From the NCBI RefSeq assembly GCF_006345805.1, contig NC_042998.1:18600001-18664000 (forward strand): 64,000 bases of DNA, written 5' to 3'. Shown here one piece after another: positions 1 to 10,982 of this stretch (position 1 is its first letter; each line of letters opens with the position of its first letter). The DNA comes from Octopus sinensis (taxonomy: Eukaryota). The notes beneath the pieces are model-generated. The model was not told where the DNA came from and ran no database searches. It saw only the letters and a program-made list of their open reading frames with translations. Position numbers and translations under genes: made by a program.

Positions 1-246
1 GCATGATATTCTCCAATCAATATGTAGATATATATATATACAAAGCCACCTAATTAAATTTCAAATTTGCACACTACAGACATCAGTCCCTCTTAAAAAT
101 GATCCTTTTTCACTTACATTAAAAGTTCAAAGCCCAACGTTACTGTATTTCATCTAGATGCACACACATCATTTTCTGTTATCTTTGAGAAATAACACAT
201 CTTCTATACAGGGTAATGCATGCACGTACATACCAGCGCATGCGTA

Positions 247-1460
247 CAGGGGCTGGACAAAATGGAAACGCCTTAAAATTTCAAACAAATTTATTTTAAT
301 GATGTAGGACCGCCTATGGCAGTAATTACAGCTTGAATTCTACAAGGTATGGACTCGTACAAAGTTTGAAATTTTTCGATAGGGATTTTTGTCCATTCTT
401 CGGTTAAAGCTGTCTCCAGCTCTTGAAAATGATGATGGTGGAGGATATGAACGCCTTACTTGTTTTTCTAAAATGCACCATAAATGTTCAATAATATTGA
501 GATCTGGGGATCGTAGTGGCCAGATAAGATGTTCAACTTCACTTGAATGCTCCTCGTGCAATTTAGTAACAACTTTAGCTGTGTGAACTGGTGCATTATC
601 ATCCTGAAAGGTTGCGTTTCCCTCCGAAAACAGTTCCACAAACATAAGATGAATTTGATCAGATAAAATGCTTAAATAGTCTTGACTATTAGTTCTGCCA
701 TGAAAGGAAAACCATTAGGCCAGCGGATTTCCAAGATATACCCACCCAACAGATCATCACAGATCCTCCTCCATGTTGAACAGTTGGAAGAAAGCCGACT
801 GGGTCAAATGCTTCTTTTGGCTGTCTCCACACGTATTCTCGGCCGGTGGTCGGAAATAAGGTAAATGATGACTCGCCCAAGAAAATAATATTCTTCCACT
901 GCTCTGTAGGTTTTTACTCCACTCTAAACGCTTTACAACGTTTGTTTTTAAATGTAGTGGATTTCTGATTGCAGCCCTCCCGTGAAATCAGGCTTTGTGC
1001 AGCCCCCGGCGAACAGTTTTTGTGGAAACTGGATTCCCAAGGTGGCCATTAAGCTTTGTATTAATTTTGGGAGCTGGACGTTTGTGACCCATTCTAACAA
1101 TTCGCGTAAGAGTCCGCCGGTCCCAATCTGGGAGTTTTGATTTTCTTCCGGAGTTTTGTTTTGACGAGGGTTTTTTTCCCTCTTTTTCAAAGGCTGTCAT
1201 TAGTTTTGAGGCAGTGCTTCTTTCCAAACATTTCCGCTCTTTGCGTTACACTACCGCTTGCCATATGAGCACCAACAATTTTAATGAATTTTAATTATCT
1301 TTTTCTGATGATATCTGAAAAGAAACAGCAGTTTTAGCAAAACATATTCAGCAACACTAATAATAAATCAAAAAACTTAAAATAAACATGTTTTTGACGG
1401 TCGTATTTCAAGATTATGATACTTGATGCTAGGTGTTTCCATTATTTTGTCCAACCCCTA
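247..1460 (-). mobile_element. Tc1/mariner DNA transposon, near full-length (1214 bp) and decayed; DD36E (Incomer-like) spacing
   Basis: Left TIR CAGGGGCTGGACAAAATGGAAACGCC at 247 and right TIR GGTGTTTCCATTATTTTGTCCAACCCCTA ending at 1460 are near reverse complements; TA dinucleotides flank both ends (245-246, 1461-1462). Minus-strand ORF pieces encode Tc1 motifs. Confidence 0.93.
340..1285 (-). pseudogene. Fragmented Tc1-type transposase (HTH region plus DDE domain) broken by stops and frameshifts
   Basis: Minus-strand pieces: IVGAHMASGSVTQRAEMFG (N-terminal HTH, my translation); SGRKSKL...VSTKTVRRGLHKA (988-1227); GESSFTLFP...PTVQHGGGSVM (689-880); FQDDNAPVH...WPLRSPDLNIIEHLW (340-645). 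Confidence 0.9.
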
Positions 1461-1900
1461 TATATGTTATCACGTTAATGCATTTGTGTATGAGAATCAC
1501 GTTCTTTTATCATTTAAATCTATTTTTCAAGCAATGTGAAATAACTGTGGTTGGAAATACCAAGTATTTCAGCGAGAAAAGACAAAAATAAGAAAATCTT
1601 TTTGCCTGTATAAGGAGGCACTTTATACTAGAGGAAAGCGATAACATTAACGATTGATATTGGAAAGAAGCTACCTTCTCGTAATATATTTTCAGACAAA
1701 ACCGAAATTGAGAAGAAAAGTTTTTAAAGACGATCCGAAGCATTGTTATGTTTCTAACACATCGTGTTCTCTAAGAAAGTACCCACTAATAGGGTAAAAT
1801 ATTTATTTGTGTAAACCAAAATCTAGGGTATGCATGAGTACCGCTGTTGTCATCTTAGTTTTTGTTCTTGTTATTCAGTTCCACGTTATACCTTGTTGGG

Positions 1901-2283
1901 TGGAGGCGCAATGGCCCAGTGGTTAGGGCAGCGGACTCGCGGTCATAGGATCGCGGTTTAGATTCCCAGACCGGGCGTTGTGAGTGTTTATTGAGCGAAA
2001 ACACCTAAAAGCTCCACGAGGCTCCGGCAGAGGATGGTGGTGATCCCTGCTGTACTCTTTCACCACAACTTCTCTCACTCTTACTTCCTGTTTCTGTTGT
2101 ACCTGTATTTCAAAGGGCCGGCCTTGTCACTCTCTGTGTCCCGCTGAATATCCCCGAGGACTATGTTATGGGTACACGTGTCTGTGGAGTGCTCAGCCAC
2201 TTACACGTTAATTTCACGAGCAGGCTGTTCCGTTGATTCGGATCAACCGGAACCCTCGTCGTCGTAACCGACGGAGTGCTTCC
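1901..2283 (+). mobile_element. tRNA-derived SINE (head GGAGGCGCAATGGCCCAGTGGTTAG), tail type i
   Basis: A-box TGGCCCAGTGG and degenerate B-box; 13 bp TSD ATACCTTGTTGGG at 1888-1900 and 2284-2296; same head and body at 29800 and 45702. Confidence 0.9.
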
Positions 2284-2539
2284 ATACCTTGTTGGGGATA
2301 CCGATAAAGGAAATTGCTCCAGCTGAGTCTACTCCTTGTTCGACATATGCAGAAATAAAGTAGTTAATGTGTTCTTCCTTTGTTCTTCGCTTGATTGTGA
2401 TTTGCTAGCAGTTTCCAAGCTTTTTCTATCTGGTAGAACCATTGCCTTGATACGCCTTCATGGTCTCAGCTGTTGGCTTTATACAGAGGGGACTATGTCC
2501 AGGAGAACCACAAAAAGGAAGCCATCCTCTTTTACACAC

Positions 2540-2989
2540 ACATATATGTGTGCGTAACTGTGCGTGTATATGTATACACACACATATACATTCATACACA
2601 CACACACGCATGTACACACACATATATATATACCTACTGACATACCTATATATCTATACATATATATTCATACATACACATATATATACACATATATCGA
2701 CATATACACATGTAACCATATACATATATATGCATATATAGACACATAGATATATATGTACATACACACATGTTTATATACACAAACAAATATATATGTA
2801 CATACACACATAATTATATACACACACACACATATATGTACATACACACATACTTATACACACACACATACACACATACTTATACACACATACACACATA
2901 CACACATACATATACACACACACACATACACACACACATACTTATACACACACACATACTTATACACACACATATACACACACACACAC

Positions 2990-3024
<35 letters not shown>

Positions 3025-3030
3025 TATATA
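2540..3030. repeat. Compound (CA)n/(TA)n microsatellite
   Basis: Seen directly; explains the H/T/Y/I-rich ORFs here. Confidence 0.95.
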
Positions 3031-3215
3031 AATCCAAAAACGAAGAACAAACGCAAAATGAAAAAAACAACAACTCGAGGACGTCGTGGGAGAAAGGTGG
3101 TGTTACGTTTCGAGCAAAGCTTTTCATCAGAAACAGGAGAGAGAAGAAAGTCCAAGAGAAGAGGAAGACGGAGGAAAAAAATCGCCAGCGATCCACATGT
3201 AGTTACATTTTGAAA
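3031..3215 (-). mobile_element. (TA)n-anchored repeat fragment resembling a Penelope-like element end, with a hammerhead-like motif
   Basis: Homologous to 53770-53965 (shared AATCCAAA...CAACAAC.CGAGGACGT...GTTTCGAGC..AGCT.TT..TCAGAAA...AAAATCGCCA). The minus strand reads CTGATGA-AAAGCTTTGCTC-GAAACGTA. The Penelope-like assignment is inference. Confidence 0.6.
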
Positions 3216-3904
3216 ATATATATACATACATATACATTTGTACATATATGCATACACACGCACCACCACCACCCCCATCACACACACACACATATTTGTT
3301 TTTCACGGCATTAATATACGAGCTAACAAAAAGTTACCGACATGGCCGCTCAACCTGATATTAATAGCAAACCACACCCAACACATGATTATAGCTATAA
3401 AGATTATGTTTAGGGTAGGAATACGTTTGATCATAGATGTACTTGATTACAGCCCACATGGGTATAAACAACATTAGAATATGGGGCTGGGATTTGGTAC
3501 GAGCATGTCTTTCAAAAGAATATTAATTACGTAATGTAATTGACTACGCTCAAAAGGAATATACGTTATTTGTCAATGTAATAAATTTCAGTCGTATAGA
3601 ATTCAATTTCCGCTTCTTCCACCCCAGGGATTAATTTAAACAGGTATGATCTCCCACTTCAAGAATGGGTCATTTTCTCCTGGAAATAGCTATTAACTCT
3701 CTCCATATTCATTTCTAAAATGAAAGCCTTACTGATCAATGGCCACCATTAGAAATCTTCTGTTCCTTGGTACGATCAACCAGCATTGTACTGCGGCGTT
3801 ACACAATTTTAACGATCGAGGTTCTGCCAAGATAAACAGATGTTGACACACAATATAAGCAGGAAGCTTTCTAGTTTAGTAATATTGGTTTTAAATTTTA
3901 GCAC

Positions 3905-4400
3905 AAGGTCAGCAATTTCGATTACTAGAGCTTATTTTAACAACCTGGAAAGGATGAAAGGCAAAGTTGTCCTCGGCGGAATTTGGACACAGAATGTAAA
4001 GATGAACGAAATGCCGCTAAGCTATTTGCTCGGAACCCTAACGATTTTCCTAACTCACTGCCTTTTCTAATGTAGGAATATTGGTTTCAACTAATGGCAC
4101 AAGGCCAGCAACTTCGTGGGCGAGGTAAGTTGATTACATTGATCCCAGTCCTCAACAGGTACATATTTTATCTAACCCGGAAGATTGGAAGGTAAATTCA
4201 ACCTCGGCGCAGTTTGACCTCAGAATATAAGGGTGAACGAAATGCCGCTAATCATTTTTCTAGTGTAATAACAGTTTGGCACAAAGCCAGCAGTTTCAGG
4301 GGTAAGCCGATTACATAGATCCCACTTCTCAACTGAGACTTATTTTATTAACCCCGGAAGAATGACAGGCAAAGTCAACCTACTAGACTTAGAACTCAAA
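3905..4400 (-). mobile_element. Cluster of three older, degenerate copies of the GGCGGCGAGCTGGCAGAA SINE family
   Basis: Repeated GGCACAAGGCCAGCAA / GGATGAAAGGCAAAGT..CCTCGGCGGAATTTG..CTCAGAA blocks; boundaries approximate. Confidence 0.7.
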
Positions 4401-4408
4401 ACTTTCAC

Positions 4409-4826
4409 GGCGACGAGCTGGCAGAAACGTTAGCACGCCGGGCGAAATGCGTAGCGGTATTTCGTCTGTCTTTACGTTCTGGGTTCGAATTCCGCCGAGG
4501 TCGACTTTGCCTTTCATCCTTTCGGGGTGGATTAAATAAGTACCAGTTACGCACTGGGGTCGATATAATCGACGTAATCCGTTTGTCAGTCTTGCTTGTC
4601 CTCTCTGTGTTTAGCCCGTTGTGGGTAGTAAAGAAATTGGTATTTCGTCTGTCTTTACGTTCTGGGTTCGAATTCCGCCGAGGTCGACTTTGCCTTTTAT
4701 CCTTTCGGGGTGGATTAAATATGTACAAGTTACGCACTGGGGTCGATATAATCGACGTAATCCGTTTGTCCGTCCTTGCTTGTCCCCTCTATGTTTAGCC
4801 CCTTGTGGGCAATAAAGAAATAAAAA
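4409..4826 (+). mobile_element. GGCGGCGAGCTGGCAGAA-family SINE, dimer (one head, two ~183 bp units), nested in an older antisense copy
   Basis: Unit junction AAAGAAATTGGTATTTCGTCTG near 4630-4650; target duplication TTAGAACTCA(A/G)AAC at 4389-4402 and 4827-4840; the older copy resumes at 4827-4900. Confidence 0.88.
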
Positions 4827-5149
4827 TTAGAACTCAGAACGTAAGGACGGACTAAATGCCGCTAAGCATTTTGCCTAGCGTACTAACTATTTCGCCAACT
4901 AACTTTCTTTTCTCACTTGATAATATTACACACCCTATATCTGACAGGGGTTTGTGGGGCTGACAATCGTTACAAACATTTTGCTGAAATTTACTATTAA
5001 AGAATTATTCAGTCACTTAATAATAAATATGTGCTTAAACAATACCAGTTGCATTTCTGCTTTACAGTTCTTTTCTTTTCTTTATTTGTGCATTTGTTCA
5101 TTACACATTTTCTTATAACTAACTACCATCAGAAGTTCACTGACATCTA

Positions 5150-5234
5150 AGTATTGTTATTAGTTGTGGCAGCAGCAGCTGTAGTAGTAGTATTGTTGCT
5201 GGTGGTGGTAGTAGTAGTAGTAGTGGTGGTGGTA

Positions 5235-5281
<47 letters not shown>

Positions 5282-5351
5282 GGTGGTGGTAGTAGTTGTG
5301 GTGGTGGTGTTGGTGGTGGTGGTAGTAGTAGTAATAGTAGTAGTAGTGGTG

Positions 5352-5389
<38 letters not shown>

Positions 5390-5427
5390 GGTAGTGGTGG
5401 TGGTAGTAGTTGTAGTAGTAGTTGTGA

Positions 5428-5467
<40 letters not shown>

Positions 5468-5503
5468 GGTGGTGGTGGTGGTAGTGGTGGTGGTTATAGT
5501 GGT

Positions 5504-5594
<91 letters not shown>

Positions 5595-5595
5595 C
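5150..5595. repeat. Compound trinucleotide repeat (GTA)n/(GTG)n/(GCA)n
   Basis: Seen directly; gives poly-V and poly-T ORFs without flanking coding context. Confidence 0.95.
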
Positions 5596-6229
5596 CAAGG
5601 GACGTACGAAATGTTGGGGTGGGTGAGCGGGTGGGTGGGGGTGACAGACAAGTTGATTTCATACTGAAGCAGTTACGATAGAAATTACAAGTAATAACAG
5701 TCAGCAGAGGTCTACTAAAAGATATAAATAGCAAACATTACACGCAGAAACACTAAATACATACATTCATTCATTCATAGGCAACACACATATATGAACA
5801 TGAAAGAGAAAAGTAAACGTAATAATGAAAATTATCATAGTCATACAGCCATACATTTTGAGCTTGTAATATAGTCGACCCTCTGTACCAGACCGGCATT
5901 TTATCTCATTTATTTCTAAATGGTTGAATGGTAAAATCGAGAGCTAAATTATATTAGCTCCACACATAGAGAGAACGTAAAAAGTACTTTGATTTAACCA
6001 TCGTTCCCATTCTTCTAACATCGAACGTTCGTAACAATAGAGATTTCTAAACCGGGCAAATAATCTGGGCACAAGGTCACAGATTATGTAAATAACAATC
6101 AGAAACAGATATATACAATCCCAACATTTGATTTGATAGAATTTCGTTAAGCCCAGATGGATGAAAGGCGCTCCTTTAAACACGATGGCCATCAACCATT
6201 GCAAGGCTTGTAACAATATTCTCTATGTT

Positions 6230-6690
6230 GTAGACATTAGACCTGAAATTCTGAAGGAGGAGAGGGGCCATTTGATTACATCGACCTAAGTATTTGTTTG
6301 GCAGTTATTCTAACGACCCTAAGAATTGTAAAAGGTATCGTCGACCTAACTGGAATTTGAAATCAGAAAGTAAAGGATTCAAAGAGATGCTGCTATGCAT
6401 TTTGTCCAATATGCAAATGATTCTGCTAACCAGGTGCCTTAACGGTTTGAAATAAAACTGGTTTCAAATTTTGGCACAAGGCCAGCAATTTCGGCATGAG
6501 AAACCAATTACATTTGCTCCAGTGATCAACTGGCAGGTTTATTACCCTCACCACCCCAACCACCACCACCAACCCCGAACGGATGAAAGGCAAAGTAGAT
6601 CTCGGCGGAATTTTGAACTCAGAATGTGAACGGAAGAAACGTAGTTCTACACTTTGTCCGATATACTAATGATTCTGTTTGTCCGGCGCC
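6230..6690 (-). mobile_element. Two degenerate GGCGGCGAGC-family SINE copies
   Basis: GGCACAAGGCCAGCAATT...GGATGAAAGGCAAAGTAGATCTCGGCGGAATTTTGAACTCAGAA at 6475-6625 and a more decayed copy at 6230-6430. Confidence 0.65.
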
Positions 6691-7296
6691 TTCATGTTTA
6701 TAATAATATTAATAATGGTTTGTTTATTTTCGAAAATGGCCAACAGTTATATGAATTATTCACTCTGGAGAGCACGCATCTTCCAACTGGCTGCTTTACA
6801 CGAAAATAGAATTATCCAACGCGATTGTATTTAGACATTTCAAATACGCTTTATACTAATAATACAACCACACTTGCATTCATTTAGCAGAGATATAAAA
6901 GTGCGAATGTGTGTTATATTGCAGTTCATTCTTTAGTTCCATTTTCCATATATATATATGTGTGTGTGTGTGTACATGTACACACAGATACGCCCATATA
7001 CAAAATTATAAACATATATATACATAGGCACATGTACACATACGCATATATGCATACGTACATGTATATTAGTATGTGTGTGCATATATATATAAAGAGA
7101 GATACATACATACATATATACATACATACATAATATTCATGTATGTAGATATATATTTATACACTCACATGCATACGATATGTGCAGGTGGGTCAATTTT
7201 CACTAAGCCTGGTGGGAAGGCAGAAGCCAGTAGCTTTTACAGACCCTGCGGATTCTTTTGAACAGAGGAAGTTACGCTCATATTGAAGAGATATTC

Positions 7297-7876
7297 TTTT
7301 CTACTCTAAGCACAAGGCCAGAAATTTTGGGGGAGGAGGCCAGTCGATTAGATCGACCCCAGTACGCAACTGTTAATTTATCATCCTCGAAAAAATAAAA
7401 GGCAAAGTAGACCTCGGCGGAATTTCGACTCAGAAAGTAAAGACAGACGAAATAACTATTTCTTTAGTACCCACAAGGGGCTAAACACAGAGGGGACAAA
7501 CAAGGACAGACAAACGGATTAAGTCGTTTATATCGACCCCAGTGCGTAACTGGTACTTAATTTATCGAGCCCGAAAGGATGAAAGGTAAAGTCGACCCCG
7601 GCAGAATTTGAACTCAGAACGTAGCGGCAGACGAAATACCTATTTCTTTACCACCCACAAGGGGCTATACACAGAGGGGATAAACAAGGACAGAGAAACG
7701 GATTAAGTCGATTTTATCGATCCCAGTGCGCAACTGGTATTTAATTTATCGACCCTGAAAGGATGAAAGGCAAAGTCGACCTCGGCGGTATTCGAACTCA
7801 GAACGTAACAGCAGACGAAATACGGCTACGCTTTTCGCCCGGCGTGCTAACGATTCTGCCAGCTCGCCGCCTTTAG
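7297..7876 (-). mobile_element. GGCGGCGAGC-family SINE trimer (two tail-A units, then one tail-B unit)
   Basis: Head GGCGGCGAGCTGGCAGAATCGTTAGCACG at the right end; two identical-register junctions near 7445-7465 and 7630-7650; TSD ATTGAAGA(G/T)ATATTC at 7282-7296 and 7877-7891. Confidence 0.88.
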
Positions 7877-9254
7877 ATTGAAGATATATTCCAAATGCTA
7901 AATGCCAAGCAAGAACTAACTGGCATTGTTCAACGGGCTACGGATTTAGTGTAACCTAAACTAAGTCAGACCGCAGACTCATGACATGTAGCTCAAACCT
8001 TACAGTCAGAGGCATTCTAGCAATCCTGCAAAACCACTGCCCTAAATTGGTACTACGTCTAACGCCCTCCGATGGATGGTTGGCAATGTCGACCTTTGTT
8101 GGATTTGAACTAGGAAGGTAGGAACACGGAATTACAGTTCACAATGACTTTCGTCCGATGTTGCATCGACTCTAGCATATTCTTCACCTTATCACCTGTC
8201 CTTATATATTATATAACCAATGCAGTTTTAGTACCATTTCAGGGTTCCCGAGGCAAATTAGTGCACTGAGTTCTATAATATTTATTTCCTGCAACCCACA
8301 GTATATAGGCCTGTAGAAGTATATGTGGCCTGCAAGGCGGCTTCCCAGAATGTTAACGCCATCAGACAGCACTGTGTATAAATGCAACATACATGCGTAG
8401 CTTCTGGGTAGAAAATTATCGACAACCTTTTGCATGTCGTATGTACGCGATACAAAAATACTGAAGCGTAAATCGTCTCGAAGTAGTAGTATGTCGAAAT
8501 TACTAAAGGCAAGGTTATTTATCAACAAAAATAGTATCACTACTGACTGACATTATAATTAGACAGGATGAGAGTAAAGCTGTTATTTTATAGCTACGGT
8601 TCCACTAACAAGTCTATAAGTAGCGACATCACCAACAAACTATACCCGGCTACTCATATCCACAAACTAAAAGCAGAAATTAATCAGGAGGCGAGTGATA
8701 AAAGAAGGCCTCCCCAAAGCCTCGTCGGTAACAACAGTTGTAGTTTTAGCGTTAAATACGTGTCTTTCTATCGTTTTGTTTTTATCTTATTCATTCGTAT
8801 GTCCCATGTTTTATTTCATTTTGAATATATTTTATTTATTACGAAATGTAATCAAGGTTATTTACACACATGTTCCTCTTCTACCGCCTTGAGGCAGTTG
8901 AAGGTTAAATCGTAATTGTATGTGTGTGTGTGTGTGTGTACGGTTCGTGCGTTAGTCAGAAAAATTGTATCTAATCGTAATTGTACATGTGTAAGGGTGT
9001 GTGTTGGTTTGTGTATGTGTAGTATGTCTGAGTGTGTATGTGTGTTTGCATGTGTGTGTGTGTGTGTGTTGATTTGTGTGTTAGTCAGAACACTGTATCT
9101 AGTTCACTTATTCAAAGAAACAGACTGCAAACATTAGGAACATTAGCAGACCAGCCAGATGAGAATATATTTTTTATTTACTTATTTATGTGCGAAGCTA
9201 AATGCGAACAATGAAACACACGCATGCATACATACACCCCCACACGCACGCACA

Positions 9255-9277
9255 CACTTGGATATATATATATATAT

Positions 9278-9362
<85 letters not shown>

Positions 9363-9604
9363 GAGTATATATATACAGATATATATATAGATATATATAT
9401 ATAGATAGATAGATAGATGAGTGTATATATATATATATAATAGATAGATAGATAGATAGATAGATGAGTATATATATATATATATATATATATAGATAGA
9501 TAGATAGATAGATAGATAGATGAGTATATATATAATATATATATATATATATTATATATATATATAGATAGATAGATAGAGTATATATATATATATATAT
9601 ATAT

Positions 9605-9642
<38 letters not shown>

Positions 9643-9644
9643 GA

Positions 9645-9705
<61 letters not shown>
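9255..9705. repeat. Higher-order compound microsatellite, units of (GATA)n-GATGAG-(TA)n
   Basis: The (GATA)n-GA(T)GAG-(TA)n module recurs about five times after a (TA)n(GA)n start. Confidence 0.9.
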
Positions 9706-9706
<1 letters not shown>

Positions 9707-10101
9707 TGGTAAAAACGGTAAGATAACAAAAGAAAGAGACCTCAATATTATGTAAATAGAGGAAATTTATCTATTTATATATATGTGAAATAAGGTGGAA
9801 AAAAGAATACTCAAATACCAGTGGTAGAGTAATATGACTTATTTAAAGCAGCAGAAAATTCAACTTGAATGTATACATGTATACATACATATATATACAC
9901 ACCTAACTCTACATGTATATATACATGCATATATGGGTACAGGACACAAAAAAAAAACGTCGAATACAATGAGAAACGAAAACATAAACACAAAACCAAG
10001 GAACTGGACATTTTTCTTAAACAACGAAAAAATAGAGTACAGGGCAAATAACACAAGGAAAATTCCCCTTCTTCAGTTGCTATGGTTTCATCTACTCTAC
10101 G

Positions 10102-10105
<4 letters not shown>
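9707..10105. mobile_element. (TA)n-flanked repeat fragments resembling Penelope-like element ends
   Basis: TTATTTAAAGCAGCAGAAAATTCAAC (~9839-9864) recurs at ~14014-14040; AAGGTGGAAA...ATACCAGT resembles the starts at 44512 and 13975(-). Family assignment is inference. Confidence 0.45.
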
Positions 10106-10169
<64 letters not shown>

Positions 10170-10982
10170 GGGAGTGAGAGAGAGAGAGAAAGAGAGACAG
10201 AGAGATTTATCGATAGATACACAGAGACACTTATTTAAGCGTGCATACGTGAATCTATGATTAAAAACTAAACTAAGCGCACTCAATACAGAATGTAGAG
10301 CTTAGTTAAAGTTATCAGGGATTACATACACAGTTTAACGTTCATTTCTCGGGTGCATTCATACACTGTCGTTGTTTAGATTTGATACATTTTTGGGGCA
10401 TCAAAGACGTCTCATTCACACATTTCTGATAAGGCACAGACTCTCAGCTTCTACAATTCTCTTAAGAATTTAAAGCAATTTTAGAATATTCGCTACACCT
10501 GAATGACCCCTCCTCGTTCAAATCAAATCAGGGCATGGACCTCAGAGTGCACATACTTCAATTCATAGCTTTTCGATTCATAGATAATTTCCCGTCAGTG
10601 GAACATCTTTCTAAGGTGTAATTATTTTCCAAGAGAAACAGTAACTGGAAATGATTTTATTTATATCAGAAAATTAAGGATAATTGCCTGGAATGTCTAG
10701 TTTACAAGAGTATACACTCATAAACTTTTACGGTTTCAAGGTGTTTCATATTTAATACTCTAGAAGGAAATTATCATTAGTCTTTAAAACAGGTACGTAT
10801 TCTTTGTCCCATAGTATTATCTCGTTTGCTTGCAATATCCGTATCCCAGTTGTTTTCTATGACGCTCTATTGGAGATATTTCGAATTGATAGTGAATCTT
10901 AATTCCAAATCAAATGATAAGGTGTTATCTTTTGATGCAAACAACTTTCTTACAATTGAAAAGATGAATTTAAACGTTGAAA

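Noticed and set aside
1901-1985. tRNA gene (also at 28905, 29800, 45702, 50071)
   Set aside because: A and B boxes are present, but there is no closed cloverleaf, the sequence continues into SINE bodies, and TSDs enclose the whole elements.
2460-3293. Long H/T/Y/I/C/V-rich ORFs (also 9178-9745, 16511-17483, 19410-20043, 26535-27389, 53499-53826)
   Set aside because: They are translations of dinucleotide and tetranucleotide microsatellites, which lack stops by construction.
4409-7876. CRISPR-like or other prokaryotic array
   Set aside because: The repeats are ~183 bp SINE units without unique spacers, and nothing in the window has bacterial gene density or composition.
8240-8400. Possible exon (plus-strand YRPVEVYVACKAASQNVNAIRQHCV or minus-strand LSDGVNILGSRLAGHIYFYRP)
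   Set aside because: No recognisable family, stops bracket the plus frame, and I cannot choose between strands.
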